Assembly: GCA_964276515.1 (NCBI GenBank) | Contig: OZ193909.1 | Coordinates: 6,448,001-6,512,000 of the forward strand | DNA length: 64,000 nt | Direction of reading: 5' to 3' | From: Gordius albopunctatus | Taxonomy: Eukaryota | Shown here: positions 12,441 to 25,637 of the stretch, one piece after another | Position numbering within the stretch: the stretch's first letter is position 1 | Layout of the letters: the number at the start of each line of letters is the position of its first letter | The notes under the pieces: generated by a model | What the model saw: only the letters and a program-made list of their open reading frames with translations | What the model was told of the DNA's origin: nothing | Databases searched by the model: none | Made by a program: the position numbers and the translations under genes

Positions 12441-13002
12441 TTCGTGATTGGTGGCAGCGCGTGCGTAGGAATTAATAGAATTTAGCATTAAGGATGATTT
12501 ATCAAAGATAAAAAAATTAAGAAAATCCATTAAATATCTCGATTTATCCTTATATTATGCGTAAGCAATTCCTTTTATCGGAATGATTATTACTATTTTA
12601 TTATGCTCTATCTTAATGATTTTTTAAATATATAAATTAAGCTAATGAATCATAGCAAAACCTCTTAGTAAAGAAAAAGTATACGCTTAGGTAAAGGAAT
12701 ATCATAATTAAACTCAAATCTGTAAATATTTGGAGGAAAATCCAATTATTTCACAAAATATAATAATTAAGAAAAATATAGAAATAGCGCCATCTATAAT
12801 ATATTTTATATACGAAATAAATTTAATTTATTATTTGAGTTACAATTTTACATAAAACAATAAAGGACCCAGCCCAGTATTTTGTTTAAAAATCTGCAAT
12901 TTTATTTGGATTTAAGAAAGTTTTTTTTTACTTTTTCCACAATTTTTTTTTATTTATTTTTTATTTAAAATAATAATTTACGCATACTTCTTTTTTTATA
13001 TT

Positions 13003-13830
13003 TGTAGAGCTCTTTAAGAAAAATCAGTAATTATAAATACTCATAAATGGGATATTCCCGTTTAGGTTCACAGATTCTACTTACGAGCCACTGTAACGCG
13101 CGGAATATTATTATAACCAACGTTAGGAAGGGATATAAAATAGAAAGAATCATAATCGTGTATACAAATGGAAGATATACGTTGAAACCAATAAAGAGGT
13201 AATATAATTGTCACACGAGGCATTACAACTAACATTCTACAATTCGGTAATTTACGTATCACCCCATGCACTTCGCACTCCTATTACATCTCTACAGTTT
13301 TGCCACCTTTCACAGACAAAGTCCATACAAAATGCTTGTAGTTTTCGACTACGTTGCGGGTATCTAGGTTCCTTTCATGGCGTCCCAATATGGTTTTGAA
13401 TTTGTTCCCTTGAGGCACTTGTTCCTGATTGTCGTTGCTCCCTCGCTTCTCCTTCTGATGTTGTCCTTTGTGGCTACCCGTTATCTTGTCCCAGTGTCGT
13501 TCAATCAAAAATTTTCCGTTGCCTTACTTGATCCATGTGTCGGTGGTGCTTTCATCCCTGTACCCACACATCGTAGGAACGACTACCGTGCTTGGCTTTT
13601 ATAGTGCCTTCTACCCATTTGCTTGGTCCAAAAACATGCGTACCCAAACCATGTCTTCTACGCCGAACATACGCGAGTTCCCGGTATTTAAATATTTTTG
13701 TGGTACTGTTTACCTTAATACCTCCCATTCGGTTTTCATACGCCTTTTTATAATCACCTCTGCTGGGCTTTTATTGGTTGTGGGATGTTTTGTAGCTCTA
13801 TATTTTTCCAAAAATCTACTTAGCCCTACT
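13003..13830 (-). mobile_element. Gypsy LTR retrotransposon 3' remnant: integrase C-terminus, PPT and 294-bp 3' LTR
   Basis: The minus strand of 13510-13775 reads SPAEVIIKRRMKT..VWVR..KWVEGTI..GSRSYDV..HRHMDQVRQR across a frameshift. A purine-rich tract abuts the LTR at 13003-13296, which has TGTAGAG...CTCTACA ends. Confidence 0.75.
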
Positions 13831-13844
13831 TCCGAGTTGTTTCT

Positions 13845-15560
13845 TATAATGTATGCATGTATGTATGTTTGCCGCGAAGACGCCCAAGAGCTTAGTTAGT
13901 GCAATCTAAGGTTGAGCCCCTTCTAACGCCAAATGGCGCATCAGGCCACGTTAGTGATAACGTGTGTGAATATGCTGTAACAAATGGTTAATATGCAATG
14001 TAATTATGACATGTAAATATGTAATACCTATTGACTTGAAAGTAATGTAAAGCCTTTAATGATAAGGTCGTAAATGAATAATGCGTGTGAAGATCCTTAA
14101 TGAAAGATTTGCAATAAATGTTTCTTTAAGAAGTCTTTCCAAAGTTTCCTGTCTTGCATGATGTTTAGCAATGAATTCCAATCATGACCTAGTATTTGGA
14201 CATCGCGAAACACCTTGTAGAGCCAGCTGCCATTGCATTTGCGACCTTTTAGCTGGGGTGGACACAAGAACAGGGAAGATAGACAATAGTTGATTCCCTT
14301 CCTTCGTACTTGATAATTGGAGCGATTTTGCAGCGCACCCATAGATCTTCGTTGGTTATTCTCGTCAAATAAAATATCCGGCAAACGATACGTAGCATTT
14401 TATTAAGACTGACTTGCAGTTTTTTTAAGCTGGGAGCCTTCAGCGACCAAGATTCGCAACCGTATAGGAAAATTGGTAGGATCGTGACTTTGAAAATCCT
14501 CAGACGCGTATGGAGCGTCAGTTGACGTGAGCGCCAAATCGCCGAGCATGAGTAGTTGACCATGGTCCGACGGAGCTTCGATTCGACATCCGCTTTGGGG
14601 TAAGTATCTGGAGTAAGGTACACTCCCAAATAACGGACTTTTTGAGATGCATTTATTACGTTGTTGTTGATTACCAGAGTAGAGTTCGAAGAATCGTTTA
14701 TACGAATCATTGAGCATTTGTCGGGGTTTATAAAAAGTCCTGCTTGCTTGGCTTGGATGCTGACCCTATCTAACATAAGTTGTGCTTTGAAAATAGAAGA
14801 GGTCACTAGACATATGTCGTCTGCGAACAGCAGGGATGATAGAGTAGTGCCGTTTAGTTTAATACCATCGGTCGAAAATGTGGATCTCTTCATTATTAGA
14901 TCCATCGCAATTATAAAGAGAAGAGGGGACAGCGGAAAACCTTGCCTGACATCCGATGTTACTGGTATGGGCTCCGATTTATGATGGAGGTGGGAAATAA
15001 CTAGTTTCATGTTTTCGTAGAGTAGAAAGATCATGAGAGTTATTTTCTTAGGCAGGCCTAATAGGCATAGCGCTTCCCAAATGTATAGATGACACAGCGA
15101 GTCAAAAGCTTTAGTGATGTCTAAAAAAACAAGAATCAGGTGGGTACCACTTGTCCGTGAGATATCCATTATGTTCCTCAATTTTATTATGTGCTCTGTT
15201 GTGGTACGGCACTTCCTAAACCCTGTTTGATTGTTTTTAATTATTTCATCCACCTAGCTGTAAATTCAATTGGATATAACCTTGATGAATATTTTTGATT
15301 CTAGGTTAATGGTAGTCACGCCCCGGTAGTTGTTGGGATTGGATGGATCTCCTTTTTTTAAAAGATTGATTTGATTACGTACCTTTCTGCCAGCCCGTTA
15401 GAAGCGGGATGGTAAGGGGCTGTCCATCGCTGATTAATCCGTGTCATCTTGCAAAAATTCTGAAAGCTAGCAAACGTTTCGGCAAGTTTCTTAATATGGT
15501 GTCTTCTAACTTAACCACCTCTACCCATTTCGAGCTATTTTCCACCATGACCAGGTATAA
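13845..15560 (-). mobile_element. 5'-truncated non-LTR retrotransposon (RTE-like LINE), RT domain
   Basis: ORF 14249-15253 contains QTGFR, FLDITKAFDS, VRQGFPLSPLLF, LLFADD, YLG and ILPIFLYGCESW. Upstream remnant KKGDPSNPNNYRG. 3' (CATA)n tail at about 13848-13868. Confidence 0.92.
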
Positions 15561-15740
15561 TTTACGGTTGAGAGGGCCCATAATATCCATATGTATTTAA
15601 ACACAGTGTATGGCTTGGTTTTTGGGGATGAACCCCCCTCCCCCCCCCGGGACAAAAATTGATAAAACTTATGTAATGCAATACAAAATTCAATAAGTAC
15701 AATAGCGGCATAATACTCAATTTTGCTTTACTAAATAAAT

Positions 15741-15913
15741 CATGGGCGTAGCCAACTGGGGGGGGGGGGGTGCAGAGAGGGGCGGCTGCCCCCTTCCAAA
15801 TCAAAAAATTTGTTGAAAATGTTTTAAAATTATGGCTAAATTTCAAAAAATGTTCATTTTGCTCCTCCATAAATTATTATTGCCCCCCTCTAATAATGCT
15901 GGCTACGCCCATA
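15741..15913. mobile_element. hAT-type MITE, CATGGGCGTAGCCA family
   Basis: TIR CATGGGCGTAGCCA...TGGCTACGCCCATA, TSD AAATAAAT. Relatives at about 6835, 21241, 29583, 47746, 50033 and 62975. Confidence 0.85.
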
Positions 15914-18640
15914 AAATAAATGAATTTCTTATAAAAAAAATATTTGTTCTGACAAGTAACAGAAAATTCAATTTTTATATCTTTATATTATTGAGAATAA
16001 TGTTGCGATTAAAAAGATTTTATACAAGGTGACAGAACATCAGAAATAGCGCTTTAATAAATTAATAATTGTATCAACTAAGAATTAAAAAAATCAGTTT
16101 TGAATCTATTTTGATCCCCAATCGGGCTTCAGAAGATTCGTGCATCTTGGTTTCTACGAAAATGATCGGGCTTCTCATAATATTTTAAATAATTTTTTAA
16201 CTGCAAAGCCCAGAAGTTTAATATTGAAAAATATGATGATTCCATCGTTGCAAAATAATTTAATTTTTAACAAATCATTTATCAAAAATTTTATGGTTTT
16301 TCTCACTTATTAGGAATTAAATTTATTGTATGCTACGAGATAAATTCAGATTCTGAATTCATAATTTATTACATTATTTTTTGGGGCAGGCATAACAAAA
16401 ACACCAGGCTTGGGTTGAGCCCAGCCCAATGAAAAACAATTAGCAGGACTCTAAATTCGTCTAAGCAGCACAGGCATTAAATGTGTCAAGTTGAAAAGGG
16501 AAAACAACTGAAAAAGAATTTTATAGAGGAACTTCATGTTAGTTTTAAAAATGGGTATTTATTATCGAGAATTTGTTTTTTTTATTATTAGAACAAATAA
16601 AGGACAATTACAAAGTGAGACTTCACATCACCATAATAATGTGTTGTGTTACAATTTTTTAATTATAAATTAGCTTTTTATGTTCTCATCTTCTCTACAG
16701 CAGCCTCAATAGAATTTAAAATCTAAATTTAACTGGACAAACTCACATGGATGCTACATTATGTACATACATCTTTAAATATTCGAGGAAAAAAATTAAA
16801 ACTAAAAAAAGAAATAAAATCCTGCTTACGCCCCTGCACTCTATTAACGGTGCTTTCTTCGCCGTCGTGGCAGTGTAATTGCAATTGCAACTAGTGTTTC
16901 GATCTCGTCTCGGTCTCGAAAACAAAATCTCTTCTCGGTCTCGAAAACAAAATCTCGTCTCGCGAGTGATTATGAAAATCTCGACCTCGTCTCGGTCTAG
17001 TTTAATCTCGGGCGTCGTCTCGTATCGACTTTTTAAAAATAAAATATATACGGAATAAAAATTCTCCTGTTTTATTTAAAATATTAAATAAGTGTTAAAA
17101 AATCCAAATGGCAAACTTTTATATTTTTTGAAAAACTTTAATACTCAAACTTTTTAAAGATTTAGCGGGAAACGACATCTCATTGACAATATAAATATGA
17201 ATTAATTCATAAAGATAATATTTTCTATAGAACGTGCAGAATAAAAAAAACTATGAATAAATTTGAGGTATAGAAAATTAAATTTTATTGTTCTAGCAAA
17301 TTATAACATTTGTATCAAATTCACTGTGTCTATCAACTATAAATAGACTTAGAAAATTATAAGATTGAGCAAATTGAGACCCTTTATTAACCCTGGCTAA
17401 AGCTTCAAATTAGACCTTAACATATTTGAGACATACGTTTAAGTCCATTGATATTGCCATCATCAATTATAGCCCATAGTGTTTATTGCATGTTTACTAT
17501 AGCGTTATAAACCTAATGAATTTATTAATCTAAATTGAAGACTTATTACATTAATTTGACCTTTTAATGAGTTACTAAATTGTTAGTTTCAACTTACACT
17601 TTATTCCGAATTCGGGAAAATAATACAAATAAGGCAATCTTTACAATACTGAGAGAATGTTAGTTCGCGATACAGAAATTATCAATGATCGTGAAATATA
17701 ATAATAGTGGAGGAAAATTATAATGATGGTGAATTCAATATATCTTCAGGTTAGGCAGATGTTTTTCTGAAGCCGTCATGATTTTTATTTAATACAATCA
17801 CGCGCTATCGTATATAACCCGGTGAACAAGAACAAAGCAATAAACATAAGCAATTAAACACAAAGTGAGCAATGATAGAAATAATAGCATAGACATAAAA
17901 ATAAAAATGTGAATAAAATAGGAGAAGATATAAAAATAGCGAGTAAAATAGAATATGGGAAGATATAAAAAAAGAGAACACCTGGCACGTAGGATGCCAC
18001 AAAACTAAAAAGTGCGAGTGACTTTTAATGATAATATTATTATTTACAGAATTTATAACTAGTTGCACACATTAAAACGTTGTGAAAACAACAATAAAAG
18101 CAACATTATTATATAAATAGGGTGGACGTATTTTAATTTATGACAAACACCATTATAATCAAATTTATATTCCAAATAAATACCTTCCAATTCTAACTAA
18201 CTTTGCCATTAAATAGTTATTTATCGAATACAGTATAGGTTCGTGTATTTATTTGATATTGCACAATTAAAGAAATTATAGTACATTTAAATCCACCGGC
18301 CAACCCAACTTATAATGTGAAAAGTGATGTAGATGACAAAACTATGTATTCACATAATGTCTTATCTAGGTTCAAAAATTTGGGAGTTATACTATTAATT
18401 GAAGCGTAAAAACTTCTAGAAAACTCATGATTTAAGATTTATTCTATCACGGATTCATTAAATACTCTATTGTACTTTTGAAGTCGTTAGGCGGGTGTTC
18501 AAAGATATCGAGCCACCTCAGCTGAACTTGTATAATTATCCATACTGATTGACCACCAATTCATAATTACCGCATCATGCAGGATTAGTGATGGTGAAAC
18601 GCTTAGCACCAGCGCGGGTAGCGCCTCCCATCTATATAGC

Positions 18641-18765
18641 ATAGTCACGTGGAGGCGTTACAGTTGTAGTACATAGTCACATGGAAGCGCTAGAGCTGTA
18701 GGAGATAGTCACGTGGAGGTGCTAGAGCTGTATGAGATAGTCAGACGAGGGCGCTAGAGCTGTGC
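18641..18765. repeat. 32-bp tandem repeat x4, possibly a subterminal repeat of the Ginger-like element
   Basis: ATAGTCACGTGGAGGCGCTAGAGCTGTA-like units start at 18641, 18673, 18705 and 18737. Confidence 0.8.
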
Positions 18766-19408
18766 GTGGCGCTATCATTGTTATGATTTTTTTATTGTTA
18801 AGTAGCATATGCACACATGTGGTTTGAACTAAGTTTATAGGCTTATTTAATTAATAAGGTCAGGGCTATCGATAAGTGACCTAAATTAAGTATGAAAGTA
18901 TTAATAATCGTTATATTTGTCAAACCGTATACCCATAGTGCGCATATCGTCTCGAAACATTTAGTTAGTTTTTGACATATATTTTTAGTCAAATGTAATC
19001 AGATTCAGTACACTCGCTTTCTTAAAAAACTGCTTATAATTTTTATTTAAGTTATTATTTTTATTTTAATTATAATATCATAGGTTTGTATTGTATTACA
19101 TTTAGGGCAAATTATCTGTATAAAGTTAAATTGAAATTTGTTCTAGTAAGTTCTTTTAAATGTAGATGATGTGATAAATTTTTTCAATTTTATGCTGTTT
19201 ATAATTTTTTTAATTGTTTAGACATCTTATCATAGATTTGCTTACTTTTAATTTTATAATTTAATCTAAAACATAACAATAGGTTTGAATTTCGTTAATT
19301 AAATTTTCCTGATTAGGAGTATGTGATATAAAGTAATGCTTGTAAAAATATTTTGATAGAGTATTAAAGCATTATACTTATTAATGCCTTTATCATTTTA
19401 TTTTAGTT

Positions 19409-20633
19409 ATGCCCACTTATTCTGTGGAGGCTGTTTATCAATATTTGGCTCATGACATTTTACCTGATAATTTAGGGGTTCAACAAAAATCATATTTAAG
19501 GAGAAGGGCAAATAATTTTTTGTTAAACTATGATATTCTTTATATCAAGAAAGTGATAAAACAGCATGGGGAACTCACAGGTATTTTTTATTAAGGTGAT
19601 TTATTATAAGTTGTTAAGAAAAGTGTTTTAAGGTTGTTAGAACTGAGGAAGAAAGAAAAATGGTCTTAAAAACTTATCATGAAGGTCTGACAAACTCTTT
19701 AGAGGAAAGTAGTCCCAGTTGCCACTTAGGCATAAATCGTACAAGGAGAAAAATATCTGAAAAGTATATATTTTTTATCAATTAATATATATTTATATCT
19801 AGGTATTGGTGGCCTAATATGTCCTTGGACATAAATTACTATGTGGCCTCATGTGACACCTGCAAAGCATCTTGTCCAATAGATAAACCCACTCCTAATA
19901 TACAACCTGTGGAGATCCCTCTGATACCCTGGTGCAAAATAGGCATTGATATATGTAACATGCCTATGACCAAAAGCAGGCATTGTTGCTTGTTAGTCAT
20001 GATTGACTATTTTACTAAATGGGTCCATGCACTTCCAATGCGATCACATACTGCAGCTGAAGTGGGCAAAAAACTTTATGAGACCTGTTGTATATTTGGA
20101 TTCCCTAAAGTAACTTTTAGAAGAAGTGTTATTTTATAATATTAAATATATAACAGTTACTATGTATTTAATGTTTATATTTAGAAAATAGTTTCTGATC
20201 AGGGAATAGACTTTGTCAATCAAATTACAGATATCTTATTCCAGAAAACAGGCACCAAACACTGCATAACATCCGCTCATGACCAAGAGGCAAATGGGTG
20301 TGTTGAAAAGGAAAATAGAACCTTAGTCTCAATGTTGGTGAAAATGTTGAGAGAAAATGTTGAAGATTGGACTAATGCTCTACCAGGGGTGCTATATGCC
20401 TTGCGTACTACTCCACAAAAATCAACACAATGTGCACCATGGTACTTAATGTACAATCGCGAACCATTAAACCCTTTTACCAAAGAAAATGAGAATATCA
20501 AAAAGGAAGGACCTAACTCGAAAAATAATGCTAAAAAAGCGCGGCTAATAAATGACTCTACATTAGGTATTATATTTAAAGTATTCTAAATAATGGTTGT
20601 GTATAGAACGATCCGGAAGCTCAAGGCACTCAG
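19409..20633 (+). CDS. Intron-containing Gypsy-like integrase (Ginger DNA transposon / GIN-like). Frame open over at least 335 codons; 3' end uncertain
   Basis: Exons 19409-19580, 19619-19763, 19803-20109, 20185-20566 (and possibly 20607-20633) splice in frame. HHCC finger (YHEG..CHLG..CDTC) and D-D-E core (KIGID, VSDQG, GCVEKEN). YALRTT..PWYLMYNREP. No adjacent RT, RNase H or LTR. Confidence 0.8.
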
Positions 20634-21676
20634 GTAGAAGATTACAGGAAAGGATATGATATTAGTGCATTTTCTTATTGTATGAACCCATATCCTATTT
20701 CAGGAAATTATTCTGCTTCACTCTTTCAAAAGTATACCAGGTATCTAAATCATAAAAATTGTGGCCGTCCAAATTATAAAATAAAAACAACAATCTACAG
20801 GGGTTCCATTGTTCAACTCTCAATAAAGGATATGATGACATTCTGACACCCTTAGTTATCTTCTAGCCAACTAATTAACGTTGATTCCCGACAATCTATC
20901 AAAAGTCTGGCATTCTTGAAAGGAATGATACATGCAAATCTCACTGGCCACAAACACCCGAGCATCAGCACCCACTACCACCGCGTAGCATTCCCTCAAA
21001 AAAAGATCTGTGAGCCCGTACATTAAGAAACTAATTGGACACTTGACCAGAGATTAAAAGATTACTAGCCCATTTCGAATTTGAATGGGTCTTCCAAAAC
21101 AAACCTCCATTATGCAATATCCCGAAACCACACATATATAAATTGCATAGCAATTAATAAAGAACGTAGAAACCGCGAAGAGAGTCTCATGAATTGTCTC
21201 CCTTTAATTCATTAACCCGTCCCTGCTTAGACCTATTATCCATGGGCGTAGCCAGGATTGGATATAGGGGGGGGGGGCAATAATATTTTAGGAGGGGAAA
21301 ATTGATAATTTTGAGTAATTTTAGTCATAATTGTATTTAATTTAAAAAAATTATGATTCCCTAACACCCCCTGGCTATGCCTTTCGTCGTAGTCGCGATT
21401 GTAATATTTTGGTCGTTTTTAAGCGTTTATAATAAACCTATATGGAATCTAATAGCAAACCATGGGTTCCAAGGGTCACTAGATACAAGATGTAGAGATC
21501 TGCAACGGGCGAAGCTCGGCCCGACCGTACCCGTTTTCAAAACTTCAAGGCCCCTCCGGGCCCATCCGTAATTTCTTTTTAAAACTTCAGGCCCGTCCGT
21601 AAATTTTTCAGGCCGGTTCGTACCCGCTTAGAAAAACATCAGGCCCGCCAAAATCCGTTCAAATTTTTTCAAAGTA

Positions 21677-24299
21677 GGGGAGACCGGGGCTAGTCGTAGC
21701 CCGGGGTTACTATTATCTTTCTAATTATTTTATAAAATAATAATGATATATAATTAAAATTTAAACCATATGTGTATTTTTTCATAAGGTATTAGTATAA
21801 AAATTTTTGTTAATAAAAAATAAAATTTTGTATTTAAGTTCTGTCTTATAAAGAAATATTTTTTACATAAAAACCGTCTAATGATTAAAATTTTATTTGC
21901 AATATAACATGGTAAATTATTAATTTTTTATAAAAAGAGGGCTCGGGGCTAGTCGGAGAGGGGCTAGTCCTATACATTTTTCATTGCGTAGACAAATGTC
22001 AAGATTTAAATAAAAATAACTTTGTTTAATAAGTATTTATCTTAGTGTAATTTGGAATATTAATAGGGTATTTAAACATTTTTTCCATTGCAGAATTTGT
22101 ATATCGGGGTACCTAAATCAGATTGTCATCTCGACCCTTTTTTATTGTATTTTATAAAATATAACCATATTACATTAGTAAAACACAGAGTTGTTAAACG
22201 CACTTCAAAAACCGGTGCCGCGCTCGCACATTGAGGAAAATCCGGTGCGCGCACTCGCCCATAAAATTTGATTGCACTATAACAAAATCTCTATAAATTT
22301 TTTATTTACTTAATTATTAAATAAAAATAAGTAACAAGATTACCTTTAGATGCCTAGTCAAAATGAAACAAGATCTAGAAGAAGTCTTGAGTTTGGCATT
22401 GCATAAAAGACATTGCACCTCAAAATTAAGTGTATTATGCTGATTATCTTTAAGCTTAAACATATTAGCATATTTTTGAAATGGAAAAATTTTCATGCAT
22501 GATGTGCTTGCTACATTTATTCTTGATTCTTCTATTTCCATAACTCACTATCATATTAAAGTTTTATATATAAGCAGTGAGAAAAGAAAAGAGTAAAAAA
22601 GTGGATAAGGAGTAGTTTTGATCAGGCAACCTGAGGGTTCAGGTTCGGGCGTTCTAAAACCTTACCAGGTTTTTGAACACCCGAACCTAAAACCGACCTG
22701 AGGTTGATGCCGAAAATCAACCTGAAAAACCTTCAGGTCAATTTTATCCCCAACCTGAAACCCAGGTTGACCTCAGGTTAACCTGATAAAAATCTCTTGT
22801 TTTATGCGATAAATTTAAGAATAAATTTTTATTTTACTTTAACTATTTTCCTTTTTCAAGATGCGTCAAACTTTTTAAATATTTACAATTTTAAATGAAG
22901 AAAAAATATTTTTTGGTTATTATTTTTAAAACAAATAAGATTTTTTTATATAAAAATTTAATAACTCGATGACGTGAAAATAAAACTACTAGCTTTATGA
23001 CAGACGACGCAACGCCTCTGAGTACACGATACCTTTTGATGTATAGTAGTTATATTATTATTAAAATTAGTTAATTTAGGGTTTTAAGTCCGTTTACACG
23101 GTTGTCCGTATTTTTTAATTTTGCACTATCTCTCTTTTGAAATTACAAAATGTAATATTTCCCCTATTGAAGCAATATAGATGCCATGCATTTTGGCATG
23201 CAGCATCCAGCCCAAATGCAAATATGTCATTACTATTTTTCGCGTAGTCAAAAAGCGCAAATGGTTTTTTTTATATTATTATCTTTTTCTCGGTCATAAA
23301 ATAAAGGAGGAATTCACAAAAATAAAGCCATCTCTTATCGATATAGATAATTACTAAATATTGGTTGAAAGATATTGAAATTAACACATTATTGATTTGA
23401 AGAAATAAATATACTTGGAAGATTAAACGCCCTCAACACATTAATAGTTTAAAAATTTTAAGCGTTCAAAGAGGTGTCACCTACAGGTTACACTGGAACC
23501 TCTCTGGTTAAATATATTATCATTATTTGAATATTCCATTGTAATTCTTTAATCAAATTACCTGTCTGTGTTTTTAGACTTTTAATCTTATTAAACTTCA
23601 ACTTCAAACGTTTTAGTGTTTTTCTATAGTTTATTTATTAAGCGACGAGTTCAAAAGTGTAAAGATTAATCGTTGAATGTGAAATATCGCGGTTAGATTA
23701 TTTTTATTGTCTATCGATAGTAACCAATTTCCCGCCTTGTTATCTTCTCCACCAGGAACATAGATGTATGTTATAGATAGTAAATCAGTAGAAATTTAAT
23801 TTGTGAAATATGCGATATAATACAATTTCGAATAAATTAATAAATTGTAAAACTCTTAATGTGCGCAATACAGGAGCGCAATTGCGCACCCGCACCGACC
23901 CCATCAGGTGCGCGCATCTTAACAACTCTGGTTTTTGCCAAGATAAAATTTTTTCGATCAATAAAAAGAAAATAATAATTGCATAGCAATTAATTGTTTT
24001 ACTAAAACAATATTTTTATTGATTTGAGTTAGCATGCATCAATAGGAAGTGAAAATGTAAGGAATAATCACAATCACTCGAAAGGGGCTATGACTTGCCC
24101 CGGGCATTTTTTAAATTTTTAGGATTTTTGTTTTTAATTTAATTTGTGAGAAAACCATTAATTTTTTCAATCCGAATTTTTTCCCTATAGTGAAAATAGA
24201 CCTTAAAATTATGTTCCAACAAAAAAATTGAAAAAATAATTTTTAGTTTTTTTTAAACGCGATTTAATTTTTTATGGCTATTTAGTCCCCGCCTCCACA
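21677..24299. mobile_element. TA-targeting pogo/mariner-type non-autonomous element, nested in the hAT and itself interrupted
   Basis: Starts TA|GGGGAGACCGGGGCTAGTCGTAGCC and is colinear with the copy at 51946-53150. The right TIR is degenerate. Confidence 0.75.
22186..23930 (-). mobile_element. hAT-like element with BED zinc-finger remnant
   Basis: TIR CAGAGTTGTTAA...TTAACAACTCTG, GTGCGCGC subrepeats. ORF 22317-22541 reads VQCLLCNAKLKTSSRSCFILTRHLK. No TSD seen. Confidence 0.7.
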
Positions 24300-25637
24300 C
24301 CCTGCCCCATCAAAAATTCTACAAAATTTTATTTTTTGACATATTCATACAAAAAAATCAATAATTATCAGGTAAAAATAAGAAAGCATCAACTATTTTT
24401 ACATTTGATACACCTAAAAAATTTCAATAAAGTACTACCATTAAATAACTTTACATGAGAATATTCCACTTTCAACAAATTACTTTTATTTGATTAATTC
24501 GATTAATTTAAGTTAATAAAGCTAAGAAGTTAAAATTCAGTATTACCATTAAATTAAAATACTTTAATAAAATTACATGAGAATATTCAACTTTCAATAA
24601 GAAGTTTACATTGATTTGATTAATTTATATCAGTTAATACGCTAAGTTTTAGATTTGAAAAAAATATTTATTAAGTTATATTTCCCTATTAATAATTATA
24701 CCAATAAAACTTATGATTAAAACACAAATCTTATAGTGCATTATATTTTTTTAGTCGTGAATGTAATTTTTTGTATACCATTTAATAAAGGATATAATTT
24801 AAATTGTAACTAAGTAATTGAACTTACTTATAAAAGAATATACGCAGCTATAATCTTAAATTATGTAAACGAAAATCAAATAAAAATGTTTTAAAGTCAA
24901 ATTTAGCGCTTGAAAAAGGAAAATTAGAGATTAAAAAAATAGAGCAATTAATAATCTATATATTTAATAGAAATCCTCTATTTATATAATTTGACTTTTA
25001 AGGACCTTTGTAATTCCATGACCGTTTATATAATTAATGGCCCGTTCAAGCCCGTTAAAAAAATCTCAAGCCCGCCCGAGACCGTTTCATTAATTGTTAA
25101 GCCTGTCCGGGCCCGGCCCGTTGAAATTTTTATAATAAAAAGCCCGTCCGTACCCGGCCGCGGGCGGGGCCTGCCCGTGCAGATCTCTAACAAGATGTAC
25201 TGATTATTTCCAATTATATTTAAGACCTCTTCTAAGTTATCTTAGTCCTGTTTTTCAAGAGCATAGATGAAATAGCCATGAAACGAATGTAATTTTAAAA
25301 AATCTACTTTTTTATTTAGTTGTTAATTTGTAGAAAACGACAGCAACAAAAAATTTAAATGTTTTTAAACGTTTGAAAAATAAGAAGTGGAGAATATAAA
25401 TAAAAACCGATTACCCTTTATCTGCTCAACCAATGCAGGATCTGCTTTTCATGAAAAGTTCCAACAGATTAAAGTAAAAAGGTGTAATTATTATATAAAT
25501 TACCTTTGTTCTTGCGACATATTATTATTAGATTTTCAAAAATAACTATAAATATTTATAAATAAGGGTAAACACTAAGTTCAACTGGTTACAAAAATAT
25601 TAGCCAATAAAATAAACCAATAAAAGAAGGTGTAATA

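Larger units (their letters stand above)
21493..25189. mobile_element. Non-autonomous hAT element containing nested insertions
   Basis: TIR TAGAGATCTGCA...TGCAGATCTCTA, perfect TSD ACAAGATG (21485-21492 / 25190-25197), GCCCG subterminal repeats. Confidence 0.9.

Noticed and set aside
17800..18110. Purine-rich block resembling a solo LTR, and hydrophobic ORF 17805-18068
   Set aside because: No clear TG..CA ends or TSD. The ORF reflects low-complexity composition.
18641..18765. Regularly spaced repeats resembling a CRISPR array
   Set aside because: Contiguous 32-bp tandem units without unique spacers, eukaryotic context, no cas genes.
20700..21130. GC-richer coding-like stretch after the integrase (similar stretch at about 30660-31010)
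   Set aside because: Stops in the plausible frames and no recognisable motif, so it cannot be assigned.
25414..25546. Two small exon-like segments 3' of MSL1 on the minus strand (IFENLIIICRKNK|DPALVEQIK)
   Set aside because: Cannot be linked in frame to a start codon or to MSL1, and no recognisable domain.
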